From the human T2T-CHM13v2.0 reference genome, Homo sapiens, in the NCBI RefSeq assembly GCF_009914755.1, contig NC_060932.1: a stretch of DNA of 64,000 bases. One strand, given 5' to 3'. The notes beneath the pieces are model-generated. The model worked only from the letters and a program-made list of their open reading frames with translations. It searched no databases and was not told the origin of the DNA. Made by a program: the position numbers and the translations under genes. Each line of letters opens with the position of its first letter. Position 1 is the stretch's first letter. Positions 26,876 to 41,448 of the stretch are shown in pieces.

Positions 26876-28622
26876 ATTTGTATTCTGGGAACCACAAGAT
26901 ACTTTTGAACAAAATTAAAGATGATCTAAATTTTTAAAAATATTTCATGGTGATGGATTTTAATATTGTTAAGATGTTTATACCTCCAAAACTGACCTAA
27001 AGAAACAATGCTTTCCTTATCAAAATTTCAGCTTTTTTGCAGAAATTGAGAATCAGATGATAAAATTCATATGCAAGAGACCTAGAATAATTGAAACAAT
27101 TCCAAAAAGATAGAACAAAGTTGGAGGATTCATACTATATTTCCTGATTTCAAAACTGACTAAAAGGATAGAGTAATCAGATAATATAATATAATCTGAT
27201 TACTGTAATGTAATATAAAGATACACATGTAAATTAATAGAGTAAACTTGGGAGTTTAGAAATACAGTTTTACACTAAAATTCATTGTTACAACATTTTA
27301 TCAATGTGGCCAAGACAATTCATTAAGTAATAGTATTTTTATCCAACGGCACAAGGACTTCTGGATATCCACATGCAAAAAGAATTAAGTTGGATGCCTA
27401 ATTTACACCATATAATAATTAACTTAAAATGCATTATGCACTTAAATGGAAGAGCTAAAATTACAACACTCTTATAGGAAAATGTAAGAATAAATTCTTG
27501 TGCCCTAAAGTTAGGCAATTGTTTCTTGGCTATGCCAACAAAATCACAAGGAAAAAATTTAAAAGTAGATAAGTTGGATTTCATTAAAATTAAAAAAGAG
27601 TTTTTACCCCAGTGGACACTATTAATAGATCAATTTACAAAATTAGATAAACTATTTGTCAATTACATTTCTAATAAGGGCCTAGTATCCGGAAAACATA
27701 AACATTTCTTTTAACTGACAGTAAAAAGACAACCCAAATTTAAATATTTAAGGAATTAAAGAGATATTTCTCCAAAAGAAGAAACACATATGCACCATAT
27801 GCAAATGAAAGTATGCTTAATATCATTAATCATCATTGAAATTAAAATCAAAACCACATTGAGCTATCACTTTATGTCTACTAGGATGGCCATTGCCAGA
27901 AAACAGACAGTAATAAATGCTGGCCCAGATGCAGAGGAATTGGAACACTCTTATATTGCTGGGGCATCTGAAATGGCACAGCTGCCTTACAAAACCTTTG
28001 CTAATACCTTAAAATATTTAGCCTAGAGTTCTCATGTGACCCAGTAACTCCACTGCCATGATAAATGAAACCACGTCCCATATTCACCCAAGATAAATGA
28101 ACACACATTAACAGAAATGCTTTTACAAAAAGGGTCATAGTGGAATTACGCACCATAGTTACAAAGTGGAAATGATCCAAATGACCATTAACTGATGAAT
28201 GGATGAACAAAATGTGGAATGCTTTTACAAGGGAATAGTCTTTGTCAATAAAAAGAAGGAAATGCAGATACATGCTATAACATGGTGAAACCTCATTGAA
28301 AACATGAAAACATTAAGCTAAGTGAAATAAGTAAAAAAGATCACATATTGTATGATTTCATTTATATGTAATGTCCAGAATAAGCTAACCCATAGAAATA
28401 TAAATAGACTGGTGGTTTCCAGGGATTAGGGAGAGGAATGATTAGGGAATGATATTTTTCTTTGTGTAAGTAAAATATTTTAAAAGTAGACCGTAGTGAT
28501 GATTTTGCTATCCTGGAATATAATAAACGTCACTGAATTATAGACTTCAAAAGTGAACTTCATGGTTTACAATGAATGAATTATATTTTGATTATAAATA
28601 TGCATATATATAAATATATATA

Positions 28623-28624
<2 letters not shown>

Positions 28625-28656
<32 letters not shown>
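28625..28656. repeat. (TG)n microsatellite
   Basis: Pure run of about 16 TG units. Confidence 0.97.
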
Positions 28657-28662
<6 letters not shown>

Positions 28663-29109
28663 ATCCAGGATAGTATCCTGGATAGAATCCTGGATTGTTT
28701 AAGCTGCCAAAACTTCCAAATTAGTAACACATGAACTTGTTCAATGACTCCTCTGTCACCTCTTGAAATTAATTCCAGCCATTTATTTATCTACAACACA
28801 AACCCCACCACAACACATACACATTGTGAGCTAAACTTCATTTTTCTGATGACTTCTCTCATATTCTAAATCCATATTTCCTTTTTCAAGCAATTTTTGA
28901 AACACCAAAACTATTGATTGAGCTCCCATCAGGTGGAGAACAAGATACTTCTCATTACTAGCAGGGACTGTGTCAGGCATCTCAAGCAATCCAGAAAAAT
29001 TTATGCATCATATTCCTGCCTGTAAGAAGTGGCATTTAAATTCTGGCTTTGATCCTCTTACTTACTATAATATTGATTCTCAATAAAGAAGACAAAGTTA
29101 CTATCACCC

Positions 29110-30395
29110 TTATGTGAATATTCCCAAATCTCCAATTTCAGCATTGGGTCTCTGATGAGTTGATGATTATTATTTAATGGACTCCAACTGTGACAACACG
29201 ACTCATCTTTCCCAAATGGGCTCCCTTCTGGGCAGCTCCCTTCTCAGCAAATGATGTCATCATTTACCCACTTGCCCTTGCCAGAAACCTGGGCATTGTT
29301 TGTAAATGTTTCTTCTCACTTACTTATATTCTATATTCAACCAATCACCAAGTTCTATGTACTTTACCTTCTAAAGAGATTTTACTTCTCTCCAATTATC
29401 TCCTTACCCACTACTTATTTCCTTAACCATTACTTATCTCCTTATCTGTTACTGCTATCCTTGGCCAAGGCATCATCTTTTCATACTTATATTACTGAAC
29501 AAACCATAAACTCTTTCCATCTTTGTTCCATATCATTTTTCATACTGTTGCCAAAATGTTCCTTCTCATGAGAGCATTTCTCAGTGGCTTCCATTGTTCA
29601 AGGTAAGGTATACAATTTTTAACCTGGTGATCGAATAACCTGCTCCTTGCCTACTGTTCCAGCCTCAGTTCTTATTATTTATTTATTTTTGAGTTGGGGT
29701 TTTACTCCGTTCCCCAAGCTAGAGTGCAGTGGTGCAATCATGGCTCACCGCAACCTTGAACTCTTGGGTCCAAGCCATTTTCTGACCTCAGCCTCTAGAG
29801 AAACTAAGAATCCAGGTGTGCACCACCATGCCCAGCTAATTTCTTATTGTTATTTATTGTAGAAATGGGGTCTTGCTATGTTGCTCAGGCTAGTCTCAAA
29901 CTGCTGGGCTCAAGTGTTCCTCTGACCTCGGCCTCTCAAGGTACATCCCACCTTGGCCTCTCAAGGCATAAGCCAGTGAACTAGGCCTTCAATTTTTTTT
30001 AAACTTCTCTCACTCATATGGCTGAACCACCCTGCCCTTTCTTAAATTCTTCAAATGGACTGCAATTGTCTCATCATTCCGACTTGCCTGTAATTCAGAC
30101 TCACTCTTTCCCACACTAACCTCAACTGCTTCAATGGCTCCACCTAGCTAACATCTGCTGAATGTTCGGAACTCACTAAGCTGATACTGCTTCTAGGACT
30201 TTTTCCCTGATCACCCCCAAGTTGGTGAGAGAATACTTGGTATTAACCTCCCTTAAGACTTTATAGTATTTATATGTTCCATTTTCTCTACTCCTGTATA
30301 CATTGCTACCTCTGGGAAAGCAAGAAGCACTCCCATTTTATTATATCTTGCTTTGAAAAAAATCCGGTGATCAGTAAATATTTTTGAATGAAGAA
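29110..30395 (+). mobile_element. L2 relic split by an AluJ
   Basis: GCCAGAAACCTGGGCATT, CCAATCACCAAGTTCT and terminal AGTAAATATTTTTGAATGAA. Confidence 0.65.
29674..29987 (-). mobile_element. AluJ
   Basis: GAGTGCAGTGGTGCAATCATGGCTCAC and GGGGTCTTGCTATGTTGCTCAGGCT. Confidence 0.9.
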
Positions 30396-30549
30396 ATATG
30401 ATTTGAAAGGTGTTTACCAGGTTTTCAATGAACTTTAAAAAACATGTTAATGCTCCTGTTTCTTTAAATTGAAGAAGTCCCTCTCATGAGGCTCCATGGT
30501 GCTGGAATGCGTGGGGCAGGGAGGAAAACAGATGTCTTCTTATTCCTGT

Positions 30550-30670
30550 GTGGGCGAGTTTATTAACATCCCTGAATCTCAATTTCCTCATTTGTAAAAG
30601 GCATTAGAACACATGAGGACTGTTTGTGGGTAAAAAGAAATGTTGTCTGTAAAGCATGCCAATTGAGGAA
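30550..30670 (+). mobile_element. MIR
   Basis: Core CCCTGAATCTCAATTTCCTCATTTGTAAAA. Confidence 0.7.
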
Positions 30671-31519
30671 GCAGCTCTTGTCTTTCCCATCTTTTCTCAG
30701 TACCTCTCCCCTCGCCAGTCAGTCCTGAGAAAAGGTACCTCGAAGTTGGTCCTAACTCATAACCCATTCTTTTTTTCTCTCATTAGAAAACAAGTCATTT
30801 GCATTACTTCTAAGCAAGAGTTGGAAAAACAAACACATTAATGTATTTTATAATTTTAAAAAATTGTTTGATAGACTTAATAGGCCCTGTTTTTCTTAAG
30901 AAAATATATGTTGCTGTCTTTTTATTGGAAACAATGGATAATGTACCAGGCCAGGTAATTCTATTTGACCCCATTTTTCTATCCTTTCTGTTTTGAAGGG
31001 CTTGGAAGCAGTTCCAAACGGAGGGAAAAATGAATCATCACCTTTCCGTACATGCATTTTGGATTGTCAGATTGGATTTGAAAATAGCCTCATATTGTTT
31101 CACTCCACAATAGATAAAACATGAATTTCTATCAGCCTCATGACCTTCTTGTTTCCCCGGTACTCCTGCTTTAATCTAAGGATTCTCTGTTCTTGAGCTT
31201 GCATAGTTGAGTTAGAGCAAATTAATGAAAGACAATATGTCCTACTATGTTCCACAGATAAAATACCAGGATCATCCATAAAGGTCAAAACTGAGTGAGC
31301 CCAGAGGAGATTTTGGACCTAGGATTGGCCTTAGGCACTTTGTCTGAAAGAGAAGAGCCTGAACCTTACTCAAGGCTACAATGTCTTCCTCCTCCGATTG
31401 CTATGGAAACATTTCTTTTATTTTTTAAAGCAAACATCCATGCCAGACATATGACACAGCAGAAAAGCTGTGGAGAAGGATGAAGTCAGGAGTTTGGAAT
31501 CATCTTTCAAGATATATAG

Positions 31520-31745
31520 CCCAGTGGTTAAATTTTCAGGCCCTGGAGTGTGTCCAACTTCTTGGGTTCCAATCTGTTCACAAACCACACAAAGCAGGTT
31601 TCTTAATCACTTCATGCAAGCAGTCACATCATTAGTAAAGTAAGAAAGATGACGACATTTCCTTCCTGTGGTGCCGTGTGGTTTACTGTATGTAAAGTCT
31701 TTTAGAACATTGTCTGGTGCAAAGCACCATCAGTGTTAGCTGTAA
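31520..31745 (+). mobile_element. MIR
   Basis: AGTGGTTAA...GGCCCTGGAGT...TGGGTTCCAATC...TGTAAAGT...TGTTAGCT. Confidence 0.6.
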
Positions 31746-32459
31746 TTATCAAGTTTCAGCTTCCAACAATGTCAAGCAAGATAGATGAGTGAATAGGCCC
31801 CATGGAGGCAATTGGGGATTGCTGGAACAGCAGGACACTGGGCTGCATTTGTTAGGATCAAGGGCAGGCATGTTTTATTTCAAAATAAACAAGCAAGCCA
31901 GCAAATCCTCACTGAGCCTCCAGGTTTAGGTTTATAGAGTGTAACCATGTCATCTACCCTGTGTTTTGAGATTTAACTTATAATTTATTATATCAAACCT
32001 AAGTATATTGTTGCAAGAGATAAGACAATGAGTCATATTTCATCATGCACTTCTTTAGTGATTCAGCAAAACACAATTTCGAGGAAATATTTAAAATTGT
32101 TATAGTTACTAAGAAATAAATTACGTGGACAGCCTCTCTCTATCATTTATTTCATTTTTAAGGGAAGAATTGTTTTACTCAGAACGTGGTGTTCTCCTAG
32201 CCAGAGAAACAGTCAGTTTGTCATATGCGTTCATCTTTTGTCATATTTGTTAAAGGGCTATGCTGAGTGGAAATGCAGCTGCACAGGTAACTTAAGCTCA
32301 CAGGTGGAAGCCAGATGCATGAAGACACAATGGGTTAGGGTGATTATACCTTATCGGGAGCAATGCCTTGGCTGAGCCTGTACATTCTTTTTTTTCTTCT
32401 TTAGAAGCTTTACACTTTTTTGTTTTTGTTTTTCATCTTTCTAACTTTATTTGAAATGC

Positions 32460-32680
32460 CACAGTGGAGCAGAAAGTGTGTAGGCTGTAAAATGAAAGAG
32501 AACAAGGTCAAAGTCAAATCCAAGATCTGGTACTAACCTGGGAAAATTACATAATCTCCCCAAGCACTGGTGTCAAAATCTGTAAAATGGAGGTGATATG
32601 TCATGGTTAAGGACTGCTTTAAGGATTAAATTCATAAGATATATAGTAAGGCCTATAGCACTATGTACACAGAATGAAGT
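32460..32680 (+). mobile_element. MIR
   Basis: AACCTGGGAAAATTAC...ATCTGTAAAATGGAGGTGATA...AGGATTAAAT. Confidence 0.65.
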
Positions 32681-33379
32681 GTCATCGGAAGCTTCTTCCT
32701 CCTCTGTCTTTAGAGTCTACAAGACCTGCAACCTGGGACTGTGTCCATCCCTGTTTGAGTTGCTCAACAGGACTTGGTTAGGCCCTTTCATGTCAGCACT
32801 TGGATGTCGTTATAGGAATGAACCTATTTTAGGGTTGTTAATGATCCCAGGACCCATGATCATTTCAGTTTAGGGAATAATATGCACACAGTTTTTGAAT
32901 GATATGTTTTTCAGACAGTGATAGTCTATGTGCACTTTTTAATTTATTGAATATTATTTGCATGTAATTTGATAAAGCATTTACACATGTTGGAAAATAT
33001 GACTCATACACAGTCAGTGGTTGATGGTAAGTCAAAAACTTTTGTAAATTTCTATGGGTGAAAAATCTAAAGCTCCACCTCAAAATCCCAAGTCTGAAAG
33101 AGATCTTTGAGATTTCTAAAGCCACTTTTTAAAATTTGCACACTATCAACTGCAGACTCTGAGGGGTTGGGGGGTTACCACCAGAGGCACTTGTACCACA
33201 CAGGCTGCAAGCATGATCTATGGAATAGATAAATAATATTTTCAAAACAAATACTATGCTTTTTCAAATGTATATAGATGTTTATATGATTAATAAGAGC
33301 AGAAACAGACAGATGAGATTGTTTTTAATGTAGAAATCCCGATCAGTGGTTTCTAAATACACTCATATAGTAAATATTT

Positions 33380-33540
33380 TCTTCAGGCTAGAAACCACAC
33401 ACCTTATCTAAGTCTCTATTTCCTATAAGGAAGCTGAAACTTAGAAAGGCCAAGTGATTTTTGGAGTGGCACAGCTGAAAGTGGTAGAGCAGAATTTAGA
33501 AAACATACCTTCAAACAATGTCCAACTTTCCACAACTATC
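33380..33540 (-). mobile_element. MIR
   Basis: Antisense core ATAAGGAAGCTGAAACTTAGAAAGGCCAAGTGATTT...CACAGCT. Confidence 0.55.
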
Positions 33541-33733
33541 TTGAATCTTTTAATTAAAGTTTTAACTTTGAGGATTGACATGCAGTTGTGAAGTTATATG
33601 CGATGATCCTGAGTACACTTTAAACAATTTCCCTCAATAGTTTACATTTTCAAATGATGGCACAATAAAGCAACGAGGATACTGACATTGATAAAATAAA
33701 CTGATGTTTTTCAGATCCACAATTTTACTTACA

Positions 33734-33735
<2 letters not shown>

Positions 33736-33771
<36 letters not shown>
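33736..33771. repeat. (TG)n microsatellite
   Basis: TG run with one TA interruption. Confidence 0.95.
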
Positions 33772-36700
33772 TTTAGTGCCATGCAATTTTATCACAGGTA
33801 AAATGTCTTAAGTACATCACCTGCATCAAGATACAAGCAGTCATCGCCACAAGAATTCCTGCTGTTGTGCTTTAATAACAATAACCTCTCTCTCTTACCC
33901 TCTCCACCTGACTTCCTTAACCCCTAGTAAGCAATAAATTGTTCTCCATTTTCCAAACTTTGTCATTTCAAGAATGTTGTATAAATTCAATCATACAGTG
34001 TGCAGGCATTTGGGATTGCCTTTTTTCACTCAGTAATATTCCTTCAAGATTCATCCAAGTTGTTGCTCATATCAACAGTTCATTCATTTTTTATTTCTGA
34101 GTAGTATTCCATAGTACCCATGTGCCAGTTTATTTAGCCATTCTTCCATTGAAGGACATTTGGGTTGTTTCTACTTTTTGGCTTTTATGAATAAAGCTGA
34201 TATAAACATGCATTTCAATTTTTTATATAAAATAAGTTTTCATTTCACTGAGATAAATGTTCATCATTAAGATTGCCAGATTGCATAGCAGTTGCATGTT
34301 TAACTTAGGTCAATTTTGTTGTTGTTTTAACAGATTTATTGAGCTATAATTCACACAGCTTATAACTCACTCGTTTGAAGCATACAATTTAATGGCTTTT
34401 AGTATATCTACAGAGGTGTACACCCATCAACATAATCAATATTAGAATATTTTCATTACCCTTAAAAGAAACACTATACCTCTAAACATTACCCTCCCAT
34501 TTATCCAATTCCTCAAGCCTTGGTATACCACTAACCTACTTTCTGTTCCTATAGATGTGCCTATTGTAAACAATTCATATAAATGGAATCATGCAATATG
34601 CGACTTTTGTGATTCACTTCTTTCACTTAGCATAATGTTTCCCAGGTTCATCCATTTCGTAGTGTGTATCACCTAGATTTTCAAATTGTTGAATAGGATT
34701 TCACTATATGACTATATCATATTTTACTTATACATTTATCAGTGAATGGACAATTGGATTAACTATACCTTTTGGGTATCATGAATAATGCTTTTCTTAA
34801 TATTTGTGTATAATTTTTTGTGTGGACATAGTGTTGTCATTTCTCTTAAGTATATACCTAGAAGTAAAATTGCTGGACCATATGGTAACTCTATCTTTAA
34901 CTACTTGAAGAACTACCAGCCCGTTTTTCAAAGCAGGTGCATTATTTCATTTTACATTCCTACCTGCAGTAGATGAGTGTTCCAGTTTCTCACCATGTTT
35001 GCCAACACTTGCTATTTTCTGTCTTGATACAGATATCATAGTGGGTGTGAAGTGGTAACTTACAGTAAAGGTGGTTTTGATTGGCATTTTCCTGATGGCT
35101 AATGATGGGAAGCATCTTTGTATGTGCTTTTTTGGTCATTTGTATAGATTCTTTGGAGACATATCTATTCAGATCATTTGACCATTTTAAAAAATTGGGT
35201 CGTTTGTCTGCTTATCACCAAGTAGTAATTAACTATTCTTTATATATTCTAGATACAAGTGCCTTATCAGATAAAGCACCTTATCAGATTTGCATTTTTT
35301 TCTCATTCTATGGCTTGTCTTTCACTCCCTTGATGGTGTGTTTTGAAGAGCAAAAGTTTTTAACTTTTGATGAAGTCCAGCTTTTTTGTCATTTGTTGCT
35401 TATGCTTCTTGAGTCACATCTAAGCTTTATTCCAAATCACAAACACTTGTACCTATGTTTTCTTCTAGTATTTTTATTACATTACCTCTTACATTTAGGT
35501 CTTAACTAATTCTGAGGTTTTTTAGATGGTGTGATTTATGGGGATTTCTTCCCTTTTTTTTTCTTATCCAGAGGCTTAACTTGGAACTTCTTGCACTATG
35601 TTGAATCAAAGCGGTGACAGCAGACATCTCTCCCTGCCTCTGATCTTAGGGTTTCTCACTATTAGGCCTTTCACTTGTTAAAACACCTACAGCTTTTTAA
35701 AATGCTATTTCTCTAGTTGAGGTATTTTTCCATTATTTTCGGCTTGCCTGGAGTCTACCCTACCCCTATGGATATGTTTTGAGATTTGTTTAATGCTTTT
35801 TTTATGTCAGTTTATCTGATCATATTTTTCTTCTGTAGCCTGTTGATATGGTATATTACATTGATCGATTTTTGCATGTCAAACCAGCAATCCCTGGAAT
35901 AAATCCCACTTAGTCAGTGTAAATATCTCTTTATATACTGTTGGATTCAGTTGGCTAATATTTTGTTGAGACTTTTAATGTTTAAGCTCAAGAGGAAGAT
36001 TTGAATATAGTTTATTTGTTTTTGTTCTGTCTTTGGTGTTGCTACCTGGGTACTGGCCTTAAAAATGAGTTGGAAAATGATCTCTTCTTTAATTTTATGA
36101 AAGGGGCTGTGTAAAATTATTGTTAAAAGCCTTATTCAAATGTTGTGTAGAATTCAAAAGCAAAACCATTTAAGCCTAAAGACTTTACTGGGGGAAAGAT
36201 TTTAAATTATGACTTCAATCTATTTAATGATTATAGAATAATTTAGATTAATTATCCTTTTTGATTGAGTTTTTACAGTTTGTAGTTTTCTGTCGAACTT
36301 CTGAACATAAAGTTGTTTATAGTGTTCCACAATTACCTTTTTAATGGTTTCAGGATTTGTATTAATACAGCCTCTTTTATTCCTAATATTGGTCATTCGT
36401 GTCTTCTAATTTTTTTGTCATTTGTGCTAACAGTTTAATTTTATTGATTCTTTTAGAAAACCAGTTTCTTTCATTTTTAATTGTTTTCCTGCTTTTACTT
36501 TTACTTATTTCTTCTCCTCTTCTGTTTTATTTCTTCTACTTGATTTGGTTTCCCTCCCCACTACTTTTTAGGTAGGAATTTAGATTATTGATTTGATATT
36601 GTTCTGTTTCTAATGTAAACATTTAGTGTTATACATTTCTGTCTTATTACTGTTTAGCTGCATCCCACATGTTTAATATTCTATATCTTCATATTAATTG

Positions 36701-37036
36701 AGTTTTATATATTTTTAGATTTCCTTTATCATCTTGCATTATTTTGCAGTATATGGCTTAATTTTTAAGGTTTCAGTTATTTTCTTATTGTCTTGTTATT
36801 GATATCTAGCTTGATGCACTTATTGTCAGAGAATTTCAATTCTTTCAAATTTGTTGAGATTTATTTCACGGCTGTGGATGTGGTCATTCTTGGTGAATGC
36901 TTCTTGTCTATTTTTTTAAAATATGTATTCTGCTACTAATGGGTAAAATATGGTTGGTTGATTGTGTTCTTCACATCTTCCATATCCTTGCTGATTTTCT
37001 CTTTATCAATTATATCAGATATTGAAAGTAAGATGA

Positions 37037-37347
<311 letters not shown>

Positions 37348-38702
37348 AGATGTTGGAATTTCTAACTCCAATTATGGATTTGTCTATTTTTTTTTCAACT
37401 CTTATCAGTTTTTGCTTCTTTAGGGTTCTGTTGTTTGGTGAATACACATTTAAGATTGTTATGTCTTTCTGCTAAATTGATGCTTTCATCATTACACACT
37501 GTTGCTTTCTGTTTCTAGCAATTTTCTTTGTTTTGAAACTATTTTTTCTATCACTAATGCTGCCAATTCTGCCATATTTTATTAATGTTCACATGCTAAA
37601 TATTTTTTATTTTTTTTACTCACAACCTACTTGTGTCTTTGAATAGAAATAAGTTTCTTACAGTCAGCAAAATCTGATTTATCTCAGTAGAATTTACTTT
37701 TTCTTGGTCAGCATTGAATTTTGAGAACTTTGAAAGATAATTTGCCCACAAACAATGGTTTAATGTATACATTTACATATTGTAAGACTGAGTGAATTTT
37801 CCAAATATTTTAAGCATTTCATATATTTTGTATTTTATTTCCATACATAATATGTGCATATTTACCCAAAATTTTATATCCTTGCATTGTGAATCTAGTC
37901 AAATTAAGGAAAGTGATGATTAAATACATACAGAGACTTGATTGATCACAGACATATTAAAGAGCTAATGACTGCAGACTTAGATTTAATCCTCCTATCA
38001 AACTAGTTAAATTTACAAGATGTTTAAGATATATTCAGACCCATAATGACACAAGTGCATATTTTTGTTTCTTTAGGGAAAGGATTGTCACATTGCCTTG
38101 CAAGAGGCATTAAGGTGAAACACCACTAATACTGTGAATTTATTCAAGTCTGGAGTTCTTGCATCAGATACATAATCTCAGATATCCAATTTTATTAGCA
38201 AAATAAAAGTGGATACACTTTTTAGAAGTTGGAACACAATAACAAAACTTCAGAGATGAATTCATAGAAACAGGAATTGAAAAGACTGAGAATTTCCAGA
38301 GTATCAAGAATTCTCACGTTTGCATCACCATGCATTTGTATATGTCACAATGGCAATTTACTGTCATGTATCTTCTATCAAAAGACACATGCTTATGAGG
38401 ACAATTATGAAGAGAATAAAACACAAAGAAATGAGATGACTCAAGTGTTAAATGTCATCAGGCCATGAAATGAGAACAGCATTGCCAGTAGGATCAGGAT
38501 ACTTTGGCTATCTTGTCACTGACCACTGAAATCAAAGCATTGGCTTATCCCCCTGAGGAAGCACTGACAGTTCATTGTCATCTCTTCTTTTGTCCCTACA
38601 TTTATGACCAAACCACTTCTGATCAATGCATTCTTTGTAAATAGAAATAGTTTCCATCAGGTCATACTATTGTTGTATCACCCTTTTCTCCTGGAAACCA
38701 TT

Positions 38703-38771
38703 GCTTTTTTTTTTTAAATATAAAATGACTTAATAGCTTTTTTTTAAAAATATAAAATGACTTAATAGCTT
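38703..38771. repeat. Tandem duplication of about 33 bp
   Basis: GC(T)nAAATATAAAATGACTTAATA occurs twice, followed by GCTT. Confidence 0.9.
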
Positions 38772-38924
38772 AACACTAACTAAAGCAATTTCACTTTCAC
38801 AAAGTAAAGGTAAACTTAACTGTAGATTCAAAATGCTGAAAATATATGCCAAAGTTGTTATAGATGTCAGTGATGCCCACATTTACATATCTCAAGCTCT
38901 AATCTCCTGCAGAACGTGTGTTAT

Positions 38925-39180
38925 AGGATGAGGATTCACAACACAAACTCTAGCCAGACTACTTGAGTTCATTTTCCATCTATAGCAACTTACTAATTGC
39001 ATAACTCTGGGAAATTTAGTAACCTTGTCATGACTCTGTCTTCTCATATGTAAAATGGTGACAATCGTGGTACCAGCTAACTCTGGGGCTATTATAAGAT
39101 TAAATATGGAAATACACATAAAGTAACCTACACAGTGCTTGGCACCAATTAAGAACTCAATACATGTTAGCTATTTGTAG
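38925..39180 (+). mobile_element. MIR, near full length
   Basis: GCCAGACTACTTGAGTTCA...TCTCATATGTAAAATGG...CACAGTGCTTGGCAC...CTCAATACATGTTAGCTAT. Confidence 0.85.
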
Positions 39181-39199
39181 AAATTGTCAGCATCATCAC

Positions 39200-40030
39200 G
39201 TGTAAGATGACTAAAACAGAAGCTTTGATTCCCATATTCATACTTAAAGATAGTTTTGCCTCATCTTTGGAAATGGCATCAGCTCAGTTTCTCAGGACCA
39301 TGAATTTGACATTGATGTATCTTTCTATACTTCACTCCTCCTTTCCAGCAGAAAGCTCTTCATTCTCTCTCTCCAGATCATAACTAAACCCATCTCCTTC
39401 TGCTTACCTTGATGGCTCCCACCATCACTCCTACATAGATTTGTACATTCATCTCCTAATGAACTTTCCCGTTTGCACTTTTTACCTTTGCACTTCCACC
39501 ACACCACAATCCTTCATCTGAAAGTTAGAAAAAGTCATCTTTTTAGACCCAAATATTTGCTGTCACCCTCAATGCTGATCACTGAAAACTTCCACTGTGG
39601 CCTGTGTGGTCATCCACAATCTGGCCCTGCCTACACCTCCAACCTCATTTCTCCTGAATATGGGTTCCTGTGGCTCTTGAACACATCCAGCTCTTTCCTA
39701 TCTCAGGGCCACTGCTTGCTCTGTTTTTTCTGCCTACGGGCTCTGACCGGACGTTTACCTCCTGGCTCCTTCTTATAATTCTGGTTGCAGCTCCCCTGCT
39801 AGCTTCTCAAGGAGCTGACTCTTGACAACCATGTCTGAAATACCCTGCAACCCTTGATGCTCTTGTCCACATCACCATGTTTTATTGTCTTCAGAGCAGT
39901 TGTAAATTTCATACAGTATCTTACATTTATTATTTACTTCCCTCTCACTGGCATGTTAAAATATGGATTCCCTTGTAATGTTAAGTGCTTAGGACCGTGA
40001 TTGGCATACAGTGATTCCTCAGTAAATGTA
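39200..40030 (+). mobile_element. L2 relic
   Basis: ATCTGGCCCTGCCTACACCTCCAACCTCAT, TCTCAGGGCC and TGGCATACAGTGA..CTCAGTAAATG. Confidence 0.7.
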
Positions 40031-40936
40031 GAAGAAAAAATTTAAGAAATATAAAGCCATAAAGTGAGTAATTAAATATGATTGAGAGAATTCCATAAGA
40101 TTTAGGTTTTACGTCACCAGCTTAAAATAGTTATTCAAATATCATGAGTCAATAAAATAATCAATTTACTTATTGGCAGGTGATTTTCAAATGAATGAAT
40201 TGGATTATGTTGCATAGTTAATAAAATGTGATACATTGAATTTACTGTAATTAGGAAATGTCTTTCACTAATGCCTGGAAAAAGATAACGTAAAGCATCA
40301 TGTTTTTTATCTTATTTTTGTTTAGCTGTTTGCAGAATAAAAACAATTTTAATTTTACATAACAAATATCCTGAGGCAAGCAAATGAACAAATAAAAAGA
40401 TGCATAAATAAATAGAATAAATAAAATCGCATTTTAATTTCAAATCCAATTTAGTGATACTGAGTTGCTAGGCATTTCTTTGGTTATAACCTATCAAAAA
40501 CATTAAATTCTAATTACATACTACCCTTAAGAAAAATATTTGACTCTATTATATTTTGCTTTTATTGCATCTTATAGAATACTATAAAATTCTTATTAAA
40601 CAACTTGTTTCAGGAAATATTATAGACGTTTTCAGGATCATTTCAGAACATTTAACCACTGATCCAACAGAATGTTATGCATTTTGTTATAAGTACTCTG
40701 GTAGTTTAATAAAAATATAGGAGCTTAAGTTCTTAAATATGCTGTTTAACCAATATGGAGGGTATTTGCCAAGGAGGGAGTACATTTGATGAAGTATATA
40801 CATACAACATAAATCCACTACCTTCCTAATTTACTCAAGGTGTAGATATCTTCCTAGGATGTTTTGTCTAGAAGACTAAGTCTATGGCACCTCCTTTCCC
40901 GTGATAGTTTCTCAGCTTAAAATAAACCCCACATCA

Positions 40937-41448
<512 letters not shown>

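Larger units (their letters stand above)
23950..28590 (+). mobile_element. Old L1 (degenerate ORF2, L1MB-like 3' end), probably two joined copies
   Basis: A-rich sense ORF2 homology (e.g. CCCCTAAGACTGGGAACAAGACAAGGATATG) and 3'UTR CACATATTGTATGATTTCATTTATATG...GTCCAGAATA. Confidence 0.88.
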
